From the NCBI GenBank assembly GCA_048938385.1, contig JBHLMG010000001.1, forward strand, positions 269,044 to 333,043: a stretch of 64,000 nt of DNA, written 5' to 3'. The notes beneath the pieces were generated by a model. It made no database searches, had not been told where the DNA came from, and was given only the letters and a program-made list of their open reading frames with translations. Of this stretch, positions 1 to 8,808 are shown one piece after another. Position numbers and translations under genes: made by a program. Within the stretch, counting starts at the first letter, position 1; every line of letters begins with the position of its first letter. Source of the stretch: Promethearchaeota archaeon (GTDB lineage: Archaea > Asgardarchaeota > Hermodarchaeia > Hermodarchaeales > Hermodarchaeaceae).

Positions 1-480
1 TATACGGTTGATTTCGAGCTCAGTTCCAAAAGATGTGGTTCCTACCCTGACTAAATCGTTAGCATCACAATTATGAACCTCAATTTGATGACTTTGACAG
101 GCGACATCACAGAGAAGTTGTTGCTGCTCTTCTAGAGTGGTTGCTCGGTGCGTCCCTGTTCCAAAAATTATGGTAATATCTTTCTCTTTTATCCCAGCCT
201 TACTTAATTGGTCGATGAGTGGATTTAGGAGAATGTGACAAGGCAATCCTCGGGTGTGGTCATCAACGACAATTGCTGCAGTCTGTCCCGCACTAGCAAT
301 GTCTGATAGAGGTGAAGATCCAATGGGATTCAAGATAGCCTCAAGGACAGTCTTATCCGGGTTGATTGTACCCTTAACAGGCTTAGCATCTAAAATCCCA
401 AGCAAATTTCGATCAGGAATTTCAAGTTTTACATGTTCTGATCCGTATAAGAAATTAACATTGGTCACTGGATTCACCAT
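1..480 (-). CDS. larA: Nickel-dependent lactate racemase (LarA) family protein, 3'-truncated by window edge
   Basis: Not in ORF track. Manual translation from ATG at 480 gives MVNPVTNVNFLYGSEHVKLEIP...AILNPIGSSPL...IVVDDHTR...FGTGTHR, with the LarA DxTR and GTHR motifs. Confidence 0.85.
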   Translation of the reverse strand, partial: MVNPVTNVNFLYGSEHVKLEIPDRNLLGILDAKPVKGTINPDKTVLEAILNPIGSSPLSDIASAGQTAAIVVDDHTRGLPCHILLNPLIDQLSKAGIKEKDITIIFGTGTHRATTLEEQQQLLCDVACQSHQIEVHNCDANDLVRVGTTSFGTELEINRI

Positions 481-539
481 AAGATGAATGCTATAGAAAT
501 GATTCGTTACGGTACAAAAGAATTCTGTAATTGCAGCAT

Positions 540-1871
540 CTATAATATGCCTTGTTGTTGAAGTTGTGCAATCTCGTCAAACTTCTTCGGAAGGTACTCT
601 TCTGTTACGAAGCTCAATCCATAGCGACTAAACGCCTGCTGTTCGGCTTTCCGACCATTTTTCAAGAAGAGGTTTAGTTCCTTTTGCCAAAACTTTGACT
701 GGTATCGCGGGTCCTTAAGGAGGTCTTGAGTACGTTTTTTATCAGTATCAGTGAAGGGATCGCTAGGAAGTTTGTATTTTAGGATATCTGACGCCCAGAC
801 TCCCATCCAGATGGCATCTGGGGTCGCAAGTCCTCGGAGGTGAGCTGCTGAGGCGCTTCCAGAGATAATCACCATAGCGATGTGTGCTCCCCAGGGATCG
901 GCATCTACAAAAAGATAGGTGGGTAGGTTAAGCTCGTAGCGTAGCCGTCGAATAACTCGTCGAACGCTTCGAGGGGCTTGCCCCGCAGTATGAATTAAGA
1001 TGGCGTTCTGGGTCTCATGGACACCATCCTCGACAAACCGTGTGAACATACCTCCGGACTCGATAGCAATTACCTTGTCAGCTTTACAATCAATTAACTT
1101 TGCTGAAGTCAGGTAGGGTCCAATCATAAGTCCATCGGGGTGGTCAGTAAGGTTGATTTGCTTTCCTGCATACTTCTGCGGTGCTGTGTACTCAATTGTC
1201 AAATCCCCGTATATTGCTGCGCGCTCCTCTGGAAAAACTCGGAATGATTCACGCGGTGCCTTGATTTTCGCCTCGACATCAGTAATAATCGTGTCACTTT
1301 CACTTTGTTGACCAAATGTTACGCCGTAACCAAATGATTGGTAATAGATATCTCGTAAAGTACTGGATTTTCTCTCAGCAAGTAGTTGCTTAAGAAATCG
1401 CATCACCCATACCATCTGGCTGAAGCTGCGAATTTGCCCCACATTCCGAGTCGATCGAGTTACAGTCTTGTCTGCAAGCACAAATTGGCCAAGTTCGTCA
1501 TCAAACTCAATGTTACTAGTACTTCGGCTCGGTAGGACAATTTCAGGAAATTCGCCCTTAGTAAGGGCTGTATACATCTCTCTACCGACGCCTTGCATCT
1601 CGCTGCTTATTTCTTCGCTAGTCTTTTGCTCTTCAATGAAAGTTTTGGGCTCTTTTTTGATTTGGATTATTCGTTTAGCTTCCGCCTTACCTAAACGCCA
1701 TTCAAGCTGTCCTCCCCTCTTACGGGTTTCCACTAATCCCTCTTTCTCAAGTTTTTTGAGATTACGACGAAGAATCGCCGAGTCCATCTTGAGCAGTTGC
1801 GTCAGTCGTTTTGTGGTCTTCCACCGGCGAGACAATAAATCCATAATTCGCTCAGGAGTTATTTCCGACAT
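540..1871 (-). CDS. top6A: DNA topoisomerase VI subunit A with extra N-terminal winged-helix
   Basis: STLRDIYY catalytic Tyr motif; TOPRIM motifs IESGG and DADPWG; KAEQQA; directly downstream of top6B. Confidence 0.96.
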   Translation of the reverse strand: MSEITPERIMDLLSRRWKTTKRLTQLLKMDSAILRRNLKKLEKEGLVETRKRGGQLEWRLGKAEAKRIIQIKKEPKTFIEEQKTSEEISSEMQGVGREMYTALTKGEFPEIVLPSRSTSNIEFDDELGQFVLADKTVTRSTRNVGQIRSFSQMVWVMRFLKQLLAERKSSTLRDIYYQSFGYGVTFGQQSESDTIITDVEAKIKAPRESFRVFPEERAAIYGDLTIEYTAPQKYAGKQINLTDHPDGLMIGPYLTSAKLIDCKADKVIAIESGGMFTRFVEDGVHETQNAILIHTAGQAPRSVRRVIRRLRYELNLPTYLFVDADPWGAHIAMVIISGSASAAHLRGLATPDAIWMGVWASDILKYKLPSDPFTDTDKKRTQDLLKDPRYQSKFWQKELNLFLKNGRKAEQQAFSRYGLSFVTEEYLPKKFDEIAQLQQQGIL

Positions 1872-1874
1872 CGT

Positions 1875-3497
1875 CTAGTCTTCCTCTTCTTCAAATGATT
1901 CGTCCGAGTCATCAATTTCAGGTTCATGCTCAGCAAGTATTCCCTCTTCCACTGGAAGAGGAACTTCCTCTTCCTCAGTTTCTTCTTCTGAAATCTCTAT
2001 TGTGAGTGCACTTTGGACTAGAGCCTTTATATCAGGAATCTTACGGCGTCCGGCTAAAGCTGCGACATCTCGGGCTATAATGGGGAGGTACTTCTCATAT
2101 ACGCTGGCTCGTACTCGCTCTCGCTGAACCTTCTCTTTTTGTCGCAAGTGACCTTTCAAACCGCGAGCGCACTCCATTAACCCCATTCGAATATCATATT
2201 CAAGTTCAGCGAGGTCTGCAATGAACTCCTTACCTGCGGTTTTGAAGGGAATTTTTGTACTTACGACTGCCACAAACGCGGCAATAGGCATGCCAGGACG
2301 GATACGGTATCGTGACCAGGGAATGCCCCGAACAATCTTGGCCGATACATCTTTGTATTCATCAAAAATTAAGGGAATGCGGTTAGCGAACCGATAGATG
2401 ATAATTGACTCCTTCATGGGAACGCCTCCGCCATAGGCGAGTCCACATTCGACAATGAAGGGGTGGCCACCGTAGCTATTAGGTGGACGCTGAGTGACAT
2501 GGACAAATTCGGGGTTTAAAGTTGTTCGGATACCAAGCTCTAAGAGTTTGGTTCCTAATGGAGATAAAACTCGCGCATCGGGCGGGAGCCATTTTTTAAA
2601 CTCCTGTAGACCTCGGGCGATTTTGACGAGGTCATTAGGTTTCAGGGCACGTGGATCTTGAGAGTACGGCATATTAATGGATTTCAGGAAAGCTTTACCT
2701 GTTTTCGGTCCAACTCGATGAAAATGATTTCGAAGAAAGGTAACCATGTCACGAGTTTTTGTGTCTTCTACAAGGCGAGAGAGTTGTTCGATATCCATTC
2801 CCTTAGGGTGTGGGTTCACCGGAGTAGGTGGTGGCGGAAGGACTTTGACTGATCGTTTGAACTCGTGGATGGTTCCATCAGGTTCAGTGAACTTAAGGTG
2901 GGCATAGGGGGTGATGAGGGCGGTCTGTTCGATATATTCGATGATGTACCGTCGGGCCAATCGGTAATTTCCTTCGAGAGTAAATTCTAGGGTACACCCA
3001 TGATTTCCATCACGGTTCTTGCTGCGTTCCCACTTGACAAGTTCAGGCTTGTTTTCTTCAATATCCTGTCGTAACACGACTTCGAAGATGTGCTCACCAT
3101 CAATTGGTGCTGAAGTAACATGTAGTGGTTGGCTTGTAGTGATTTGTCCGAAGAGGAAGGCCATTTTTCCACCCAGCCCGAACCGCCCCCGTGCTTGTTT
3201 GTGCTCGTATTTCGATCCGTACAGGATTTGACCGAAGGCTGGCATGATGTGGTCTCGGGGCACTCCTATTCCGTTATCTTCTACTCGAAGTGTGTACCAG
3301 TCATTCGCCACTTCGGTTAGCTTGACATTGATAGTCGGTAGGAATCCCCCATCTTCGCAGGCATCAAGCGAATTTTCAACGAGTTCACGAACTGCTGTGT
3401 AGATCGCGCGCATAGTGTTATCAAAGCCAGCAATGGAACGATTTCGGTAGAAGAAATCAGCCGGAGATATTGATTCAAAGCTAACTGCAGTTGTCAT
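1875..3497 (-). CDS. top6B: DNA topoisomerase VI subunit B
   Basis: GHKL motifs ELVENSLDA, EDNGIG, RGRFGLG; RFANRIPL; KIPFKTAGKE; acidic C-terminal tail. Confidence 0.97.
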   Translation of the reverse strand: MTTAVSFESISPADFFYRNRSIAGFDNTMRAIYTAVRELVENSLDACEDGGFLPTINVKLTEVANDWYTLRVEDNGIGVPRDHIMPAFGQILYGSKYEHKQARGRFGLGGKMAFLFGQITTSQPLHVTSAPIDGEHIFEVVLRQDIEENKPELVKWERSKNRDGNHGCTLEFTLEGNYRLARRYIIEYIEQTALITPYAHLKFTEPDGTIHEFKRSVKVLPPPPTPVNPHPKGMDIEQLSRLVEDTKTRDMVTFLRNHFHRVGPKTGKAFLKSINMPYSQDPRALKPNDLVKIARGLQEFKKWLPPDARVLSPLGTKLLELGIRTTLNPEFVHVTQRPPNSYGGHPFIVECGLAYGGGVPMKESIIIYRFANRIPLIFDEYKDVSAKIVRGIPWSRYRIRPGMPIAAFVAVVSTKIPFKTAGKEFIADLAELEYDIRMGLMECARGLKGHLRQKEKVQRERVRASVYEKYLPIIARDVAALAGRRKIPDIKALVQSALTIEISEEETEEEEVPLPVEEGILAEHEPEIDDSDESFEEEED

Positions 3498-3626
3498 ATA
3501 AACCGCCTATCTTTCTCGTTCTGTGAAATTCCCCACGCCATCCTTGATGGTGCTGGGCACATCATAGACATTTAGATGAAGGGTTAAAAAGTATCTGGCT
3601 TCCCCCTTCCTCTGGGGTCAAGTTGT

Positions 3627-4163
3627 TCAGGTTTCTTCATCCTCTCTGTGCGGAGCTAAATAGTCACAAAGCAAGGATGGTACTAAAAATCCGATGATGA
3701 GGAGGATGATTGATGTTATTCCAATAGGTGACATGAGGAGTAGAGTAATGAAGCCGAGGTAGCGAATACTCCCAATGACCTTTGCGCGGATATCTGATTC
3801 AGTTCTAAACTCATTATCGTTCACTGGGTTATTATCGCCTTTTGTAAAGAATCGTAGTTCTCCGGATACATTCTGAATTTCCACGATCCTGTGGACGATT
3901 GGTACTTCATTTGGGTCTGATGTTCTATTGTAGATGACGATGTCTCCAACTTGGAGCGTTGACGGGTCGACGCCTCGTACAACGACGAGATCTCCGCGGT
4001 AAAGTACGGGTTCCATAGATCCTGATTCTACTGCCAACATGGGAGTGGGAGTTTGAAGGTAGACTTGTAGGCCAATTCCTGCACTCCAGACAGCGAATAG
4101 CACTACAACGATTACGACGATGTCTTCAACTAGTTCGCGTTGCCAGGATTTGCTGTTGCTCAA
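3627..4163 (-). CDS. Signal peptidase I (archaeal/Sec11 type)
   Basis: VESGSMEP catalytic Ser, IVHRI, TKGDNN; N- and C-terminal TM helices. Confidence 0.93.
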   Translation of the reverse strand: MSNSKSWQRELVEDIVVIVVVLFAVWSAGIGLQVYLQTPTPMLAVESGSMEPVLYRGDLVVVRGVDPSTLQVGDIVIYNRTSDPNEVPIVHRIVEIQNVSGELRFFTKGDNNPVNDNEFRTESDIRAKVIGSIRYLGFITLLLMSPIGITSIILLIIGFLVPSLLCDYLAPHREDEET

Positions 4164-4293
4164 GTTGGATGCCTCTGCACTTTTCAGGATAGGGGAAAGT
4201 ATGAGTTCAACTAAAAAAGGGTATGCGTCAGTACATCCTGCAACGCAAGAGATTTAATTACGCTCCCAATAACCCTTAGCGTGGTGCTATAAA

Positions 4294-5046
4294 TTGCAGT
4301 TTCCAAGCCAAGTGCTTCAAGGGAAGTTAGATGAGGTTGTCCATCAAGCTTTTCTTCGCTATGGTAAAGGCGAATACAGTGGTCCTGCTGCTGAAATTAG
4401 CCTCACAAAGACAGGTAATGTTAAGGTTCGCTCGACTTATCTCTATCAAGAGCTAGTTGCATCTGTTTTTCTCCAAGAGGTTCCTTTAGAAACCCTAGCT
4501 GTCTCAGGTGTTGTACTCGGTAGCGATCAACTCGACGAAGAGCTCAATGCGTTGGACATCGAACCTGGACCGTTGAGAAAGGTTCGCCAGGCGAAGGGCT
4601 ATACCAGCAAAATCGCTGGGAACTATTCCAAGGATCAATTAATTTCTCTCTACGAGCAAATTGGATCAACTGGGTATGTTCTCTGCAATTTGACTGCAAG
4701 CAAAGATTGGAGTCACAAGGCGAAAACCAAAATTCCTGATCCCCGAAGTACAGCAACAATAGATGAACAGATGAAGTTTAGTACAACCCGAGTACCTGCA
4801 AAAACGAATTTCACTGAGATCTTATTAGAGGAACTCGTTCCTGATTTTCAATCTGAATTTCCTCAGAATTATGCAGTGGTAAAAATACAGAATGTGTTTA
4901 ACATCAAGGGGTTCATTTTTCCACCTGATAAAGACACTCTTTCTTCAAAGGAACTCCGATTAAAGACAAAGCGTGAACTAGAAATTCGTCGCTCCCTGTT
5001 CGTTGATAACGCTGAGTTTACCCGCGCCCACAATGTGATTGTATAA
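4294..5046 (+). CDS. Conserved archaeal hypothetical protein
   Basis: 250-aa ORF filling the gap; N-terminus (DEVVHQAFLRYGKGEY) resembles an uncharacterised archaeal family recalled from memory. Confidence 0.7.
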   Translation: MQFPSQVLQGKLDEVVHQAFLRYGKGEYSGPAAEISLTKTGNVKVRSTYLYQELVASVFLQEVPLETLAVSGVVLGSDQLDEELNALDIEPGPLRKVRQAKGYTSKIAGNYSKDQLISLYEQIGSTGYVLCNLTASKDWSHKAKTKIPDPRSTATIDEQMKFSTTRVPAKTNFTEILLEELVPDFQSEFPQNYAVVKIQNVFNIKGFIFPPDKDTLSSKELRLKTKRELEIRRSLFVDNAEFTRAHNVIV

Positions 5047-5135
5047 AATTCCTTCTGCGATGTAATTTCACTCCAACCAAAAATAATTAAAAAGGTAGAG
5101 CTGTTCACTCACCCCACAACTCAATTGGTGTTTGA

Positions 5136-5342
5136 TTGATGCAATTTGCTCCATTCCTCCCCTGGTATCCCATATTTGGTGGTCTTCTCATCGCTTTAGC
5201 CATTCTCCTGGGTTGCTGGCTAGTCTATATCGTTGAAAAGACGCGTCGACTTCCTTGGATGAAATTAATCCTGCTGATTTTCCTCATTGCCCTCTCAAGT
5301 AGCTTTGGCATCCACTTGCTTCTTTACGGATTCGCCTTGTAA
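5136..5342 (+). CDS. Small two-TM membrane protein
   Basis: 68 aa, two hydrophobic segments with a basic loop; no competing ORF. Confidence 0.6.
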   Translation: MMQFAPFLPWYPIFGGLLIALAILLGCWLVYIVEKTRRLPWMKLILLIFLIALSSSFGIHLLLYGFAL

Positions 5343-5382
5343 CTCTCGTTTGAACTAACCAGGTGTGAGCTGCCCTTCCATA

Positions 5383-6609
5383 CTAAAAGAGGCGTGCCTT
5401 TTTGTCTAGGATCAACTGTTGTATAGAGCATACATCCTCAAGTTCCGCATCTAAGATAGAGGTTACATTTGCTTGGACATCGTTCCAGGATGAGTTGGCG
5501 TTTGGAATTATTTCAGCAGAGGCAATTAAAGGCTCATCGATTGGATACCCGATGCGAGTCAGGATTTTAACATAAGCCTCTAACACTCTGGATTCTTCTT
5601 TGACAATACGGTCTGCTGCTCGTTGAGCAAGCACATTGTAGATTTTACCCACATGATTTTGTGGATTCTTTCCTGCTGCAGCTTCGAGGCTCATTGGGCG
5701 ACATGGAGTAATGAGGCCATTTACACGATTTCCACGACCTACCCCTGCATCATCGCCCATTTCAGCTGAGGTGCCCGTTATTGTTAGATAGTAAGATCCT
5801 CTCTGTGGATCATCTGCTGAGTTTACGACAACGCTTACTTCGCGTTCAGTTATTTTCTTGGCTTGATCGAGGACTGCACTAGATACCTCTTTGAGTACTC
5901 CGTTATAGTGGTCAGCATCCGGGATATAGGGGGCAATCATGGCTGCCGCTACTGTGAGTTTAATCTCATTGTCTGTACGCAAACCCATTACCTTAACATC
6001 CTCACCGACTTCTGGGTGTTTCCTCTTGAATGCGTCAGAATTCAGAAGCTGTTCAGTTTGAAAAACAAGTTCCTCAGTTTCAGATAAGGGAGCAAATCCT
6101 ACACCAAAACTCGTATCGTTTGCTCTCGGAACATCATCAATAACTCGATCAAAAACATGGGCTAGATCCGCTGATCCCGGCTTAATCCTATAATCCATCA
6201 TCATGTGTTCGGTGGGGTCCAAAAATCGAAGCGTCTTTTTAATGGTCTTTTTGATGGATTGTAGTGTTAGAGTGCCTATGGGTATGCGAACAAAATCACC
6301 GTTCTTAAACACTTCAGTGGTTGCACGCCCCACAACGCAAAGGTAGATTGGTTCTAAGAGGTCTCCCCCACCAAAATCAACTTGCGCTCTCCCACCTGCA
6401 ATGGACCCTTTATCGACGTTGTGATGAAGAATTCGTCCAAAATTATCAATATAATAGTTACAGAGAGTCACCCCGACATCTTCCACAACAGCATCTAAGA
6501 TAGTATCTGGATGGCCTTTTCCTTTCCGTTCCACTATTTCGAGATGCTGCTGTTCTATGGGTAACGCTTGAGTTCTTGCCACGGCAATATTTCGTGTCAT
6601 TGTAGTCAA
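5383..6609 (-). CDS. mat: S-adenosylmethionine synthetase, archaeal type
   Basis: [51 protein letters not shown] motifs. Confidence 0.96.
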   Translation of the reverse strand: MTTMTRNIAVARTQALPIEQQHLEIVERKGKGHPDTILDAVVEDVGVTLCNYYIDNFGRILHHNVDKGSIAGGRAQVDFGGGDLLEPIYLCVVGRATTEVFKNGDFVRIPIGTLTLQSIKKTIKKTLRFLDPTEHMMMDYRIKPGSADLAHVFDRVIDDVPRANDTSFGVGFAPLSETEELVFQTEQLLNSDAFKRKHPEVGEDVKVMGLRTDNEIKLTVAAAMIAPYIPDADHYNGVLKEVSSAVLDQAKKITEREVSVVVNSADDPQRGSYYLTITGTSAEMGDDAGVGRGNRVNGLITPCRPMSLEAAAGKNPQNHVGKIYNVLAQRAADRIVKEESRVLEAYVKILTRIGYPIDEPLIASAEIIPNANSSWNDVQANVTSILDAELEDVCSIQQLILDKKARLF

Positions 6610-6666
6610 CCCGTTTTGGTCGGCTTGGATACTTTGTTTTTAAAAATTTCCACTGTGTATCATGAA

Positions 6667-6685
6667 ATATTCGTCAGACGAATAT
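6667..6685. promoter_or_regulatory. Perfect inverted repeat ATATTCGTC-A-GACGAATAT, candidate operator
   Basis: 9-bp arms, 1-bp spacer, between divergent mat and 6799 ORF. Confidence 0.45.
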
Positions 6686-6798
6686 CCGCTTTGAGCCTAG
6701 CGCCATAACACTTAAGCCAGTCTACACCTACTTTGTATCTACCTCGTGGCTACTTTGCGGTTAGTGACATTTCCATTAGTGGCGAGGAGTGACAGGGT

Positions 6799-8016
6799 AT
6801 GAGCCATCTTATTGATGAAGATGAGATAAGACGGTTGAGTCGTCGTATTGCGGAAGAATTTGAGTCAACTTATGGCACTCTCGATGAGAAAGTCGCTCGG
6901 GTTTCCGATGACGCCGCGGCAGCAATAGCGGATGAATGTAGCGTACATCTAGAAGTTGCTCGGGTTGCGTATCGAGTCATGCTAGATGGTATTATTCCGG
7001 ATCCACAGCCTTCTTGTAAAATTTTAATGCGCGAATTTGACCGCCGCACCGATTTTGGAAGTCCGGTTCCTGAAATTGACACGTATATGCGGGAAGTAGC
7101 GATAACTGAAGGAAAATGGATTGAATACCTCTATGGGCAATTAGGGAAGATCCTTCTGGCTGATCTTCGAGATCTTGTTAATCTGGAACGAACCATCGCA
7201 GATGAAATCGAACCTGCAAATGAACAGGTAATCGCAGTCCTTGCTCAACGACGAAAAATCGTTGAAGCCTACTTTAATTCACTAATTCAACGTTGGTTAG
7301 ACGATCATCGCGGGGCTCATATTGGACAGGCGATTCACACTATTACAGGGGGATTAATCGGTTCCTTTGAGTCAGACCTCAGCGATGCAGTCAATGGCGC
7401 TCGAGCTTCTCTTTTAATTAAACTTCGAAGATATGAAGAATTTCTCAGCCGTGAGGATGAAGAAGAGGAGGAATCCCGATTAACCAGCAAAATTCTCAAA
7501 GAAATTCGGTTGCTCATTAAAGAAGTACAAGACCCTCTCAATGAAGTGTCTGTGAAAACTGCTGGTGAGATTCTAATTGAACTCTCACCACCACCACCCG
7601 AATCTATTGATGGGAAACCAAAATTTGGCTTTGTTACCGCACCCTTTCCTGCTAAACCACGAATTGGTCCCCCAATGCAAACGCCCCTTGATTATCTTGA
7701 GCTTGATGTTAGGTTGGCTTCGATGAAAGCCCCCAATGAAAGAGCACCATTTCTCAGAGAGAAAATTTCATCAGTAACCAATAATTTAATTGAACAAGGG
7801 ACCCCCTTGGATAAAATAGGAACAACAATTATCTTTGACTTAGATAGTCGCTTCCCTTGGACACGATCAAAGAAAACAGAGATCCGTAGAGAACTACGCG
7901 AAATCCGGGATTTTGCGGGTGAAGACTATCGTGAGCAAGTTGAAAATTATGTTCTTGAAAATATATTGTCAAAAATTCCTGAACTTCGTTCAAAACACAA
8001 TCCCACTGAAAAATAA
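6799..8016 (+). CDS. Hypothetical, predominantly helical protein
   Basis: 405-aa ORF with GAGGAG SD upstream; no recognised motif. Confidence 0.8.
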   Translation: MSHLIDEDEIRRLSRRIAEEFESTYGTLDEKVARVSDDAAAAIADECSVHLEVARVAYRVMLDGIIPDPQPSCKILMREFDRRTDFGSPVPEIDTYMREVAITEGKWIEYLYGQLGKILLADLRDLVNLERTIADEIEPANEQVIAVLAQRRKIVEAYFNSLIQRWLDDHRGAHIGQAIHTITGGLIGSFESDLSDAVNGARASLLIKLRRYEEFLSREDEEEEESRLTSKILKEIRLLIKEVQDPLNEVSVKTAGEILIELSPPPPESIDGKPKFGFVTAPFPAKPRIGPPMQTPLDYLELDVRLASMKAPNERAPFLREKISSVTNNLIEQGTPLDKIGTTIIFDLDSRFPWTRSKKTEIRRELREIRDFAGEDYREQVENYVLENILSKIPELRSKHNPTEK

Positions 8017-8037
8017 CTAAATTCGCGAGGTATTACG

Positions 8038-8808
8038 ATGATTGAGCAAAACCCACCCCTGCTTTGGGTTTTAGATTATGTAATTCAAGACTTTCGCATA
8101 CTCGGTGAAAAAATCACCTTAAGCGGTGAATTACTCATCGCCTCTCGGCAACTGTTTAGTTTTCTTCGAGAAGAAATCGTCCGCTCTGCACTAATCGGTC
8201 CTGGAGTAATCAAAGGGCAAGTTTCGATTAAAGGAAAACCAGTTGATGTGGAATACCTTGTTGGAGCAGTGATCTTTGATCCCACACAGATGCGCCCTCG
8301 TGAGCCGGTCCCAGTGCTGGACATACTTAACCCTGAAATCTTAGATCCCGTGGAGCAAGCAACAGAGGAGCAAGTTCAAGAAATTGTTCGAACCCTAGTC
8401 ATAAAGAAGGGTTCTGTAGCCAATTCCGGACAAATTCTTACCGTAGCACCAGAAGGAGATTTACCCCGAACACTACTCACAGAAGAACACTTGATCGCTA
8501 AGAACATCGCGTTCATCTCCGGCTTGAAAAAAGCGCGGTTTCTTCTTGGTGGACAGAAGAGTCGACTTTATGCTCCCTTTAAAGAGGGATTACAAAGGAA
8601 TCGGTTCAGCGACCCAAGCAGGATTTGGACATTTCGGATTGATGAGCAGAGGTTTGATGCCTTTGATCCTGCAAAGTTCAACGAATGGACTATCATTGAG
8701 ATGCAAACCGATCCCAGCAAGTCATCTAGCTCCCCTGAGGTGGTGGAATCAGAGTTTAATTCAATCCTCACCTATTTGCTGGGTAACCTAGAGTATTTTA
8801 TCTTCTAG
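8038..8808 (+). CDS. Hypothetical protein
   Basis: 256-aa ORF with GAGGT SD, 21 bp after the previous gene. Confidence 0.75.
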   Translation: MIEQNPPLLWVLDYVIQDFRILGEKITLSGELLIASRQLFSFLREEIVRSALIGPGVIKGQVSIKGKPVDVEYLVGAVIFDPTQMRPREPVPVLDILNPEILDPVEQATEEQVQEIVRTLVIKKGSVANSGQILTVAPEGDLPRTLLTEEHLIAKNIAFISGLKKARFLLGGQKSRLYAPFKEGLQRNRFSDPSRIWTFRIDEQRFDAFDPAKFNEWTIIEMQTDPSKSSSSPEVVESEFNSILTYLLGNLEYFIF

